DNA of 64,000 bases, taken from positions 1-64,000 of the forward strand of contig JBBRPR010000042.1 in the NCBI GenBank assembly GCA_038227875.1, read 5' to 3'. Source of the stretch: Planctomycetota bacterium. GTDB taxonomy: Bacteria; Planctomycetota; SZUA-567; H5-PLA8. The notes beneath the pieces are model-generated. The model had not been told where the DNA came from and searched no databases. It saw only the letters and a program-made list of their open reading frames with translations. The translations under genes were made by a program, and so were the position numbers. Shown here one piece after another: positions 44,837 to 54,131 of the stretch. Each line of letters opens with the position of its first letter. Within the stretch, counting starts at the first letter, position 1.

Positions 44837-47800
44837 CTATTTCTTCGGCTTGAACTTCAAGGCCAGGTCGCGGTGAACGACCAGCAGCTTCAGTTCAATG
44901 CGCGTGTTCTCGTCGGCGACCTGGATCTCCGACGACTCGATGATCTCACCGGTGTAGGTGTTCCAGTATTCCACGGTGTACGTGCCGCCCTTCATCTTGG
45001 TCACGTGCATCACGGCGTTGCTGGCGGTGAAATCACCGGCGGCCAGCGGCGTCGAGGGGTGATAGATCCACGCGTACATGCGGCGGTTGGATTTCATCGC
45101 GCGGCCGCTGAGCTGAACTCCATCGGCCTGGATGTTGCTGCGAAACGCGGTCTCGAGCGGCGATTCGTCCTTGCCGGGGCGCATGTCTTCGCCGTCCATG
45201 AACTTCGCGAGCGCTTTGTAATCGTCGTAACGGTTGTCGAAATGGACGTGCAGCCACCACCAGTAACCGGTGGCGCCGCCGAGCGGTTCGACGACAGAGC
45301 CCCACAGACCGGCGTGCAGATCGGCATCGAGCTCTTCGCGTGAATTGTTCTGCACGCCACGCTTTTCGTCGACGCCCATCCAGTGGCGGCCCTGCTCTTC
45401 AACCAGCGCGGGTTTGTTATACGCGTGAAAACCACGCAGGCCCTGGTTCGGGTTGCCGGACCAGAATGCGCTGAGCGCGTGATCGGCATTGAACTCGCCC
45501 TGATTGATCTGCAGCTCGTCGAACGCGGAGTAGGCGTTGCTGGTCGCGAAGTCGACTTCCGGCAGGCTCAGCGTCCGTTCGCCGCGGTTGGGATGGCTGA
45601 AGTGCGTCGTCACCAGATGGCGGTACGGATCGTTGTCCTTGAGGAACGTCGACATCTGCGCCACCCAGCTTTCAATATTCGGCGCGGCCTGGTCGGGGCG
45701 GTTCCACGCCACACTGGGTTCGTACTCTTCGGTGAATTCCATTTCGCTGCACAGGCACCACGCGAAGATTGACGGCGAGTGGGCGTAGCGCGCGATCACG
45801 TAGCGCAGCTTGTTCTGATGAGCGATCTTGGCTGAGGCCGCGGTGAAGAATTCACTCGCGGTGGTCAGCGGGCCGCCGGCCTTGTGGTTGTACGGATTGT
45901 TTTTCCATTCGGTGTCGATGTCGAGCGTGAACTGGCCGTGGTTGCTCAAGCCCAGGTCGACGCGGATGTTGTTCTCTTCGCATTTGCGCAGCAGATAATC
46001 CATGCGCCAGGCGTTGAGCATGTTGTAGCGCGCGAAGCCCTGGTAGCCGTTCCAGTCGCTGCGCCATTCCAGCGCGCACCACCACGAACACATCCAGATG
46101 CGCGCCCAGTTGATGCCATTGGCGCCGAACTTCGCGAGGTACTCGTCGTACTGATAGGTGCCGCGCTTGCCGATCTTCTCAATCGACTCCTTGCTCCATT
46201 TGGGATCCTGGTACGGCAAGCGTGTGTCGCTGGGGCTGCGCAGGCACGGTCCGATCGGATAGTAAAACGCGCCGTCGTCGTACTGAAAGTGCCGGCGGTC
46301 GTCGGCGACGCGGATGAAACCATGGAACGGCGTTTTCGCTTCCGCTCCAACGATGAACGCCTGCTTGCCCATGTCGAGCTTCGCGGTGACGCCACCTTTC
46401 ACGAAATTCACGGTCGCGATTTTGCGGCGGCCGTCGGCGTGTCGGTCGTAATGCATGTCGGTCCAGTGGCCACCCGGATAGGCTTCCTGCGCCGCGCCTT
46501 CCGGCGTGTAACGCGTGTCGCCGCTCCACGCCTCGTTGACGTCGTAGCGGCCGCCTTCGCGCAGTTCCATCACGACGCTGTGCGGGCCGGCTTCCTGCGC
46601 GCGGTAGCGGACGGTGAAAAACTCTTCGCCGAGCGGTTCGACGATCTCTTCGCCGCCCTTGGTCTTCTCGCGCCGTTCGCAGAGCACATTAAAGAAGGCC
46701 GGGACCGTCACGCGCTTGCCCGACGGCGTCGTGACCACCGCGCAGAGATCGCATTCACAGGGATCGAATGGGTTGTTGAAGGTCTTCGAGATGCGGAAAT
46801 TGCTCTCCCACAGTTCGCCCAGCGCCAGTGTCATCGGCTTGGCGTCGGGCGGCACAGGTTTGTTTCCCGCCGGCGAGGGCAGCACGCGGGCGATGTTCAC
46901 GGGCGAAGCCTTGGCGTGCGGGAAAATCACCGCGCGGATGTTGTCGAAGCGCGCGCTGAGCGTCAACGCCTGCTTGTTCTGCGGCGACCAGTTCGGATGC
47001 GTGCTGAAGACATGCAGGCCCAGTTCCGTCACGCGCTGCCGGCTGTAATCGGTCCAGAGCTTCTTCGAATTGTGCGGCTTCAACTGCTGTGCATTGCGGC
47101 CGCTGACATCCAGCGCGTACGTCGTCCAATCGCCGGGGCGGATCATGCCCGGCAGCAGCGTCTCAAACCAGATGCCGTCGCGGTCGCGCAAATGGACGCC
47201 GACGCGGAGGTCGGCCGGGGCGTCGGCGGGAATCCAGACGTCGAAGAGAATTGAATCGGCGGCGCTTAAGTTTGGTTCCTGCGCGATCAAGCCGCCGCGC
47301 ACACGGTACGTGTTCATCAGGCTCAGCGCCGTGGTGCGCGGATCGCGCGCCTGAATGCTGACGCTCGGTCGCCCGTTCATGCCGCCGTCGAGAATCTTCG
47401 TTTCGGCCGCCGACGTGAGCGGATCGGCCGTCCAGCGCGAGGGGAACGGCGAGACGCGTGCGCCACTGGTGGCCGGCTCAAACGAACCGAGCACCGTGGT
47501 CACGCTCGGTTCACGCGCGAGCGGATTGAGCGTGCGCACGGCCACGCCTTGCGGCAGTGGCCAGACGGCCAGGCTGCTGGCGAGCTTGGCGTGGAAGACC
47601 GACGAGGCCGGATGCGCCAACCGCGGCGTGAGCAGCATTTCGGAGACGCCTTTGGAGAGCGACCAGCGCGCCACGGTGTAGCGCATCACGCGGCGGCAAT
47701 AATCCAGGCCTTCATCGGTGGAGAAAATCTGGCCGGGCGCGTCGAGCGCGCCGTTAAGCGGGTGCGTGTCCCAGTTGAACACGCCCTCGCGCTCCAGGCC

Positions 47801-49063
47801 TTCGCCGTCGAGAATCACCAGCGGCCGCGCGTCGCCGCTGAGTCCCGCGCGCTGCAGTTGCAGATCCATGTCTTCAGCGATGCGCAGATCGGGACGCGAC
47901 GCGCCGCCGAAGTTGCCCCAATTGGAATTCCAGAAGAGCACCGGCCGCCAGACTTCACCGCTGATCGGCAGCGCGTCGGCCGGCGACGGCAGCCACGCGC
48001 CGCCGGGCGTCAGCGTCCAATACCGCGGCGCGCTGCCCCAGCCCGGATCGTCGCTGGGAAGTTTTTGCGTGAGCGGCGCGCTCCAGCGTTCCGCGGATGG
48101 CAGGTCGCCCACGCTCGTCGCCGGCGATTCCGGACGGCCGAGGCTGGCGACCGAAAATTCCCAGCGCCGTCCGGCTCCGCTGATCGCCAACTTGCCGCTG
48201 TTGGGCCACGACGGCAGATGCGCGCGCCAGTAGGGCCGGCCGACGGGCATGCGCCGCTGCGCCCGCCCGTCGTTGACGGTGATGTAATCCTGATCGTAAA
48301 ACGCAAGCGCCTGCTTGCCGTCGGGAAGCAGCACGCGAACATCCGAGTCGCCGCTGCCCGAGAATGGATCGGCCGGCGCCGGTTCGATGCGGAAGACGAC
48401 CGTCGCTTCCGCACGGTAGCCGGGTGGCGGAGCTTCCACGCGCAGTTCCGTCAGGGACGGTCCGCGCGCCGAACTTCCCGACGCCTGCTCCAGCAGCGCA
48501 TTCGTGAGCGTGATGGCCGCGATCTCCTGCGAGGAGCTCGCACCGCCGTAACATTCCGCGCGCAATTCGATGCGCGTGATCTCCGCCGCCGCCAGCGCGT
48601 CCCACGGACGCACGTGGCCTTCGGGAATCAGATCGCTTTCGTCGGGATCGACTTGCGCCGAGACGGTCACTACGCCGCCGGAGCCGACGGGGACTGCGGC
48701 GGCCGTGGAATACAATCCGCCGACGCGGCTTTCGATCACCCAGCGCAGGCGCACCGCCGCCATGCCCGTTTTTTCACGCATGGCACGGATCGAGAGGCGT
48801 TGAAAGCGCGATAGATCCCAGATCTTTTGATTCTTGGAAGCAGGCGTGGCTTCACGTGAGACCTGACCGTTGCCCACAGGAATATTCCACGGCTTGGTCG
48901 GCGTTTCGAAGGCGGCGACGAAGGTCTCGTTAAGAAGAGCAGAATTGGGGGCTATTTCGGCACATGTGCAATATGCTGGGGTCAGCAGGGCGAGTAATAG
49001 AAGGTGCTTTCCGGCCAATGTTCGTGCACTACTTACCATCGATTTCACCCGCTGTACGCTCAC
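44837..49063 (-). CDS. Large exported glycoside-hydrolase-like protein (DUF5060-like domain + clan GH-A barrel, internally duplicated)
   Basis: Signal peptide; NPFDP...TPSGKRVTVPAFF; HFQYDDGAFYYPIG; GINWARIWM; RYVIARYAHSPSIFAW; NDPYRHLVTT; KPALVEEQG; YTVEYWNTYTG. Confidence 0.78.
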   Translation of the reverse strand: MSVQRVKSMVSSARTLAGKHLLLLALLTPAYCTCAEIAPNSALLNETFVAAFETPTKPWNIPVGNGQVSREATPASKNQKIWDLSRFQRLSIRAMREKTGMAAVRLRWVIESRVGGLYSTAAAVPVGSGGVVTVSAQVDPDESDLIPEGHVRPWDALAAAEITRIELRAECYGGASSSQEIAAITLTNALLEQASGSSARGPSLTELRVEAPPPGYRAEATVVFRIEPAPADPFSGSGDSDVRVLLPDGKQALAFYDQDYITVNDGRAQRRMPVGRPYWRAHLPSWPNSGKLAISGAGRRWEFSVASLGRPESPATSVGDLPSAERWSAPLTQKLPSDDPGWGSAPRYWTLTPGGAWLPSPADALPISGEVWRPVLFWNSNWGNFGGASRPDLRIAEDMDLQLQRAGLSGDARPLVILDGEGLEREGVFNWDTHPLNGALDAPGQIFSTDEGLDYCRRVMRYTVARWSLSKGVSEMLLTPRLAHPASSVFHAKLASSLAVWPLPQGVAVRTLNPLAREPSVTTVLGSFEPATSGARVSPFPSRWTADPLTSAAETKILDGGMNGRPSVSIQARDPRTTALSLMNTYRVRGGLIAQEPNLSAADSILFDVWIPADAPADLRVGVHLRDRDGIWFETLLPGMIRPGDWTTYALDVSGRNAQQLKPHNSKKLWTDYSRQRVTELGLHVFSTHPNWSPQNKQALTLSARFDNIRAVIFPHAKASPVNIARVLPSPAGNKPVPPDAKPMTLALGELWESNFRISKTFNNPFDPCECDLCAVVTTPSGKRVTVPAFFNVLCERREKTKGGEEIVEPLGEEFFTVRYRAQEAGPHSVVMELREGGRYDVNEAWSGDTRYTPEGAAQEAYPGGHWTDMHYDRHADGRRKIATVNFVKGGVTAKLDMGKQAFIVGAEAKTPFHGFIRVADDRRHFQYDDGAFYYPIGPCLRSPSDTRLPYQDPKWSKESIEKIGKRGTYQYDEYLAKFGANGINWARIWMCSWWCALEWRSDWNGYQGFARYNMLNAWRMDYLLRKCEENNIRVDLGLSNHGQFTLDIDTEWKNNPYNHKAGGPLTTASEFFTAASAKIAHQNKLRYVIARYAHSPSIFAWCLCSEMEFTEEYEPSVAWNRPDQAAPNIESWVAQMSTFLKDNDPYRHLVTTHFSHPNRGERTLSLPEVDFATSNAYSAFDELQINQGEFNADHALSAFWSGNPNQGLRGFHAYNKPALVEEQGRHWMGVDEKRGVQNNSREELDADLHAGLWGSVVEPLGGATGYWWWLHVHFDNRYDDYKALAKFMDGEDMRPGKDESPLETAFRSNIQADGVQLSGRAMKSNRRMYAWIYHPSTPLAAGDFTASNAVMHVTKMKGGTYTVEYWNTYTGEIIESSEIQVADENTRIELKLLVVHRDLALKFKPKK

Positions 49064-49423
49064 CTTACGCTGCCACGCACCTTGTTACAACGGTTAAATA
49101 CGCTGCGCGTATCGCGAAATCGTGCAAATCTGCAAGATGTCACGCCAGTGGACAATATAACGATACGTGTAACCTCTGGAGACATGGTATTGATACGCAC
49201 TGCACCTCAGACGGTCACGCAATTTAAGCCCGCGAAAAATGTTATTTTTTGAGCGGCAAACGATCTCTCGAGTAAACTCACATAGTGTGGTTGGACAAGT
49301 AAGGTGGGTTGTGCCAATGGGCGCAAACGCGGTAAGACAAATTTACCTGCGTACCTCTATTTAACGCAGGGCGGACGCGCTATATTCGTCGTCATTGCGT
49401 CCACATCAACTGGGGGTCTGACC

Positions 49424-50881
49424 ATGAAATTCTCCAAGCTCAGCGCGCTGACCATCGTCTGCATCGTAGCAGTGGTCGCAGTCGGTCAGGATCAAGTCGG
49501 CCCCTCCCCCGCACCCTCGCAGGTCAGTACCTCAACAGCGACCACGTCCGCAGTTGCCTCGCGCGCACCGACGACGCAGTACGACTGCGGCGACCCGACG
49601 GCCGACGAACAGCTGGTGCTGGAGTACATCAACCGCGCCCGCGCCAACCCCACGGCGGAAGGCACGCGATTGGGCATCAATATCACCGAAGGCCTGACTG
49701 CCGCCGAAGTGCCGCTGGTCCAGGTCCGTCCGCCGCTGGCGATGAACAAGACGCTGCTGAGCACGGCCCGTACTCACAGCCAGGACATGTACACCAACAA
49801 TTATTTCGCGCACACCGATCTGCAGGGAAAGGATCCGTTCCAGCGCATCACCGCTGCCGGCTATACGTTCAATTCCGCGGGTGAAAACATCGCAACGGGC
49901 AGCAGCAACAATGCCGTGCAGTTGGAAGACCTGCTGATGGTCGATGCGGGAATTTCAGACCGCGGCCATCGCTTGAATCTGCTGAGCATTTACGACACGT
50001 CGACACCTGTTTACCGTGAAGTGGGCATCGGCGAATTCGACGGCTCGACGCCCAATCCGTCGGGCTTCAAGAATTTCCAGACGCAGGATTTCGGCGCGTC
50101 GAGCACCGGACCGTTCATCGTCGGTGTGGTCTACAACGACGCCAACGGCAACGGCTTTTACGATAAGGGCGAAGGCGTCGCCGGCATTACGATCATGCCC
50201 GATGTCGGCACGTTCTACGCCGTCTCGTCAACGACTGGCGGCTATGCGATTCCGGTTCCCGCTTCCGGCACGATTACGCTGACGGCCTCCGGCGGTTCGC
50301 TGGCCACGCCAATCGTCAAACAAATCACGATGGCCGGCGTGAACGTCAAAGTCGATTTCAACCCCAGCGGCGGTGGCACCGGAACCGGCACGGGGACAAG
50401 CACCAGCACGGACACGGGAACGTCGACGGGCACGGGCACTGGAACCGGCACGTCGCCGACGAATCTGGTCATCGCCAAGTTCGGGGTGAAGCTCAATCTG
50501 CTCAAGCCCTCAATGGACAGCATCACCTTCAGCGGCACGCTGCCGATCGTCGCCAATCAGGGGGTGGCGGGCACGGTCTCAATGTCGATCGGCACGATTC
50601 AGAAATCGTTGACGCTCAGCAGCAAAGGGATGGGCGTTTCCGGCACGGACAGTTTCAAACTGCGCGTGAAGACCAAGAAAGGCGTGGTCCTCGCGCAAGC
50701 CGCGCCCTTCGCCGCAAAGTTCATGAAGGGCAGCTACGCCACGGCGCTCGCCGCCAACGGGCTGACAGGCACGTCGGCCAGCGTCTCGATCCCGATCACG
50801 TTGACGTATGCAGGGCTGACGTATCAGGTGGTGGTGAGCAAGACGTATACGTCGAACGGGAAGATTGGGACGGCGAAGTAG
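49424..50881 (+). CDS. Exported CAP (SCP) domain protein with SdrD-B-like domain, Thr/Gly linker and basic C-terminal domain
   Basis: EQLVLEYINRARANP, HSQDM..NNYFAH, GENIA, GHRLNLL, EVGIG; GVVYNDANGNGFYDKGEG; (GT)n linker. Start MKFSKL with signal peptide. Confidence 0.9.
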   Translation: MKFSKLSALTIVCIVAVVAVGQDQVGPSPAPSQVSTSTATTSAVASRAPTTQYDCGDPTADEQLVLEYINRARANPTAEGTRLGINITEGLTAAEVPLVQVRPPLAMNKTLLSTARTHSQDMYTNNYFAHTDLQGKDPFQRITAAGYTFNSAGENIATGSSNNAVQLEDLLMVDAGISDRGHRLNLLSIYDTSTPVYREVGIGEFDGSTPNPSGFKNFQTQDFGASSTGPFIVGVVYNDANGNGFYDKGEGVAGITIMPDVGTFYAVSSTTGGYAIPVPASGTITLTASGGSLATPIVKQITMAGVNVKVDFNPSGGGTGTGTGTSTSTDTGTSTGTGTGTGTSPTNLVIAKFGVKLNLLKPSMDSITFSGTLPIVANQGVAGTVSMSIGTIQKSLTLSSKGMGVSGTDSFKLRVKTKKGVVLAQAAPFAAKFMKGSYATALAANGLTGTSASVSIPITLTYAGLTYQVVVSKTYTSNGKIGTAK

Positions 50882-50931
50882 TGAGTCCTCGCGTGCATTC
50901 GTAGCATGTTGTACTGCAATTTGGACTATGA

Positions 50932-51126
50932 TTGTGTGCCACTGGTGGCTGGCAGTTAAGCCACCAGTGCGACCTCGAGACAAATGGTCGCCCGTTCGAA
51001 TTGTGATGCTTGCATGCTACGGCACTTTGCATGCGTGCCCCCGCGCATTCAATGCCGCACGCACCGTATTAGCCCGTCCGCAAGTTCGCACTGGTGGCTT
51101 TACAGCCAGCCACCAGTGGCACACAA
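50932..51126. repeat. REPIN-like doublet: two inverted palindromic REP-like units
   Basis: TTGTGTGCCACTGGTGGCT-ggcagtta-AGCCACCAGTGCGA (50932-50972) and its inverted copy TCGCACTGGTGGCT-ttacagcc-AGCCACCAGTGGCACACAA (51086-51126), between convergent genes. Confidence 0.85.
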
Positions 51127-51172
51127 CAGCAGCCTCAATTGCAGGACAATGCGGCAGACTGCCTACTAGTCG

Positions 51173-51634
51173 TTACTTTCCGCCTTCGCCAGAAACCGCG
51201 AAGCTCACTTTCGTAATCCCCGCAGCGCGCAGCGCGGACAATACTTTGATCACCGAACCGTGCCGTGCGTTCGTGTCGCCGCGGACGGTGACGGTTTCGC
51301 TTTCATGGCCTTTGAGCAGCTTCGGGATTTCGGTGTCGATGTTTGCGGCTTCGACGGATTTGTCGCCGACGTAGACGCGGCCGGTCGGGTCGACGGAGAC
51401 CACGATCGCCGCGGCGTTCGTGCCGCCGCCGGCAGTGCCCTTGGCGTGCGGAAGATCCACGTCGACGCCGTCCTTGGTCATCGACGGCGCGGTGACGATG
51501 AAGATCACCAGCAGCACGAGCATCACGTCGACCAGCGGCGTGATGTTGATGTCCGCGACCATCCGCCGGCGCCGGCGCTTGCGCCCGCCGCCACGTTGAA
51601 CGGTCGCCCCGCCTCCGCCGCCTGCCATCCCCAT
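51173..51634 (-). CDS. TolR/ExbD-family protein
   Basis: ADINITPLVDVMLVLLVIFIVTAP, VDLP, VRGD, AGITKVSF. Confidence 0.93.
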   Translation of the reverse strand: MGMAGGGGGATVQRGGGRKRRRRRMVADINITPLVDVMLVLLVIFIVTAPSMTKDGVDVDLPHAKGTAGGGTNAAAIVVSVDPTGRVYVGDKSVEAANIDTEIPKLLKGHESETVTVRGDTNARHGSVIKVLSALRAAGITKVSFAVSGEGGK

Positions 51635-52504
51635 TTACTTTGCTCCTAAGGTAGTCGTAGAAGCCACTGTTGCCGGGGGAGCCACATTCGGAGCATGATG
51701 CGGGGTCTGAACGTATTGACCTGGAACATGTATGGGCATCTGAACAGGGGCCGGCGCTGCGTGCGGAGGCACGCCGCCCTGCGCGCCCTGCGGCGTCGTG
51801 TTCATCACGCCGCTGGCGCGGACGATCGCGCCGACGCGTTCGATGAAAATATCGCCCTGGTCTTCCAGACCTTCGATCTGCGAGACGAGGAAATTGTAGG
51901 CCATCACGGCGGGGATGGCGACGGCCAAGCCCGCGGCCGTGGCGATCAGCGAGGCCGAAATGCCCGGCGCGACCACGGCGATCGACGCCGACTTCATGTT
52001 ACTCAGGTCGCGGAACGTATGCATGATGCCCCAGACCGTACCGAACAATCCGATGAACGGCGACGTGGATCCGATCGTCGCCAGGAATCCCAGGCCCTTC
52101 TGCAGGCGCCCGAATTCCGCCGCGGCGGTGTGCTGCATGCTCATCGCGACCATGTCATCGGGGCTGCTTTCCGGATTGACCGAAATCTGGCGCGGGTCGG
52201 ACGTCGCCGCCGTGGCCGCGCGGCGGCCTTCAAGCACCACCATTCCGGCCTTGAATATATTCGCCAGCGGCGACGGCCCGACGGTGTGAATCGTATTCAT
52301 GATCGAGCCGAAGCGGTCGGCGCCGTCGAAGAGTTCCAGAAAGCGGATGCCGTTGCGGCGTGCGATGTGGATGTCGTAGGACTTCACGAACATCAGACAC
52401 CACGAGATCAGCGAGAAGCCCAGCAGGAGAAAGAAGATCGCTTTTTCAATGCCGCCGGATTGGTTCACCGTCCGGCTCACGAGCGACCACAGGTTTTCTT
52501 CCAT
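51635..52504 (-). CDS. TolQ/ExbB/MotA-family proton-channel protein
   Basis: LATIGSTSPFIGLFGTVWGIM, VVAPGISASLIATAAGLAVAIPAVMAYN. Confidence 0.93.
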   Translation of the reverse strand: MEENLWSLVSRTVNQSGGIEKAIFFLLLGFSLISWCLMFVKSYDIHIARRNGIRFLELFDGADRFGSIMNTIHTVGPSPLANIFKAGMVVLEGRRAATAATSDPRQISVNPESSPDDMVAMSMQHTAAAEFGRLQKGLGFLATIGSTSPFIGLFGTVWGIMHTFRDLSNMKSASIAVVAPGISASLIATAAGLAVAIPAVMAYNFLVSQIEGLEDQGDIFIERVGAIVRASGVMNTTPQGAQGGVPPHAAPAPVQMPIHVPGQYVQTPHHAPNVAPPATVASTTTLGAK

Positions 52505-52736
52505 ACGCGGCAGAACCTCAAAAAGGCGGCTGATGGGACTTTGTTTAGACGCGGCTCACGTCGCGGCCTTTACATTATCCGGTGCAGAATGGTTGTCAGG
52601 TTCAGGAATGTGCCCATTAGGTACTACCGGTAACCCGCGCCAACGTTGCGCGGATTTCGGTCGCATTTAGCCCCACGAGGCAGTAATTTGATTCACCAAT
52701 TATGTCCTTTTGCCTTTATTAATGAGGAGTTGCGTG

Positions 52737-53294
52737 ATGCCTATCCCGCCGCGAAAGCCACTGCGCCCCCACGTCCTGCCTTCAGCGCCCAAACCTCCGG
52801 GTGGAAATTCCGGCATCGCACCCGCCGCGCCAGCGCCGGCTGCCTACGATGCTGCTTCACCCAAGCCCGCACCGGCGCGGCGGCCGTTTGCCAAGCGGCG
52901 CGTCGTGGCGCGATCGGGCGACCGCAGCGATCGGCTCCTCAACGTCTTCATGATCCGGCTCGGCATCGGGGTTTTCGTACTGCTGCTCGGCGGGTTCGGA
53001 GGGCGCAGTCTGTTTTCGAGCTCCTCACCGAATCAGCGCTACTTCGACCAACTGGCCGAGCTCTCGCGGCTGGACGGCGAGCACAAGAGCGAGGAACTCG
53101 TACGGCGTCTCAAGGCGCTGCCGATCTCGGGCGTCACCGATCCCAAGTTGCAGGAAATCCATCAGGTACTCATGGACCTCTTTGCGATGCCGGATGGGGA
53201 ATTGAGCGACGAGGCCAAGGCGCGCGGTTTGGCCCTGTTGACGCGCATGCATCAGCTCCGCCAGGAATTGAACGCGAAATACGGCGGAAAGTAG
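52737..53294 (+). CDS. Hypothetical single-pass membrane protein with Pro-rich N-terminus
   Basis: GAGGAG SD, Pro-rich segment, one TM helix, helical C-terminal domain. Confidence 0.68.
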   Translation: MPIPPRKPLRPHVLPSAPKPPGGNSGIAPAAPAPAAYDAASPKPAPARRPFAKRRVVARSGDRSDRLLNVFMIRLGIGVFVLLLGGFGGRSLFSSSSPNQRYFDQLAELSRLDGEHKSEELVRRLKALPISGVTDPKLQEIHQVLMDLFAMPDGELSDEAKARGLALLTRMHQLRQELNAKYGGK

Positions 53295-53354
53295 CGCTGT
53301 GAAAAAGCGTGACATCGTGTCTTCCGAAATTAGCATGAGTCACGAGGAGACGCG

Positions 53355-54128
53355 ATGCGCGGACGGTTGGTCCTACAGATTCTGTTGTTCTTACTGGTGC
53401 CGTTGAGCGCGTGCGCCGAAGATGCGTCCGCCGCTCGCCCCGCAGACGCTCCAACCACGGCTCCCGTTACGACTCCAGAGGCGAAGCCTGCCGAAGCGGG
53501 GCCCGCCCCTGCCACCGCCACCGCGCGGGAAGCGCGCGACGAGATTCGCCGCCTGATCTTCGACTTTACTTCCGACGATTGGCAGAAGCGCGAGAACGCC
53601 GTCGCGCGCGTGGTCGCTCATGATCAGGCCGCCATGCCGGAGCTCGAAGCGGTCATCAAGAAAAGCGACGATCCGGAAGTCATCGTCCGCGCGCGCAAAG
53701 CCGTGATCGCGATCCGTGAGGCGCCGATCCGCGGGACGTTCACGCAGACGGATGCGAAAGTCACCGACGGGCAGGGCAACGTCCGCGACGGCGACACCAA
53801 GGACGGCTATCTCGTCGTCGGAGACGGCCAGGTGACGTGGTACCAGCACTTCGGCGGCACGATGACGATGCAGACCTATAGCTACGACATCTCCCGCCGC
53901 CTGGAGTGGCCGCAGAATGACCAGCTCGATGTCCCGCTGACGTACGTGTCGATCGAAACGGAGATCGGCTACAGCCCCGAGAGCCACGACCCGAAACTGC
54001 AATTCCGCAAAACCGCATCCGGAGAATTGAAGATCAGCTTCGGCGGCACCGATGGCATGGGGCAGCGGATGAAGGCTGATTTTGTGAAGAAGGATAAGGC
54101 CCGTGAACAAGACCCGGACCGGAAGTAA
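53355..54128 (+). CDS. Exported hypothetical protein with a HEAT-like N-terminal module
   Basis: GAGGAG SD, signal peptide, FTSDDWQKRENA...DDPEVIVRARKAV, beta-rich C-terminal half. Confidence 0.72.
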   Translation: MRGRLVLQILLFLLVPLSACAEDASAARPADAPTTAPVTTPEAKPAEAGPAPATATAREARDEIRRLIFDFTSDDWQKRENAVARVVAHDQAAMPELEAVIKKSDDPEVIVRARKAVIAIREAPIRGTFTQTDAKVTDGQGNVRDGDTKDGYLVVGDGQVTWYQHFGGTMTMQTYSYDISRRLEWPQNDQLDVPLTYVSIETEIGYSPESHDPKLQFRKTASGELKISFGGTDGMGQRMKADFVKKDKAREQDPDRK

Positions 54129-54131
54129 ACG

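Noticed and set aside
50370..50452. GGCACC/GGAACC-type tandem repeats, and the 12-bp PKDA repeats at about 32865-32930
   Set aside because: In-frame, synonymously diverged low-complexity linkers; not mobile or phase-variable repeats.
50796..51374. Short ORFs over the 50.9-51.2 kb spacer sharing GGxTASHQWHT
   Set aside because: The shared peptide is the translation of the inverted REP-like units.
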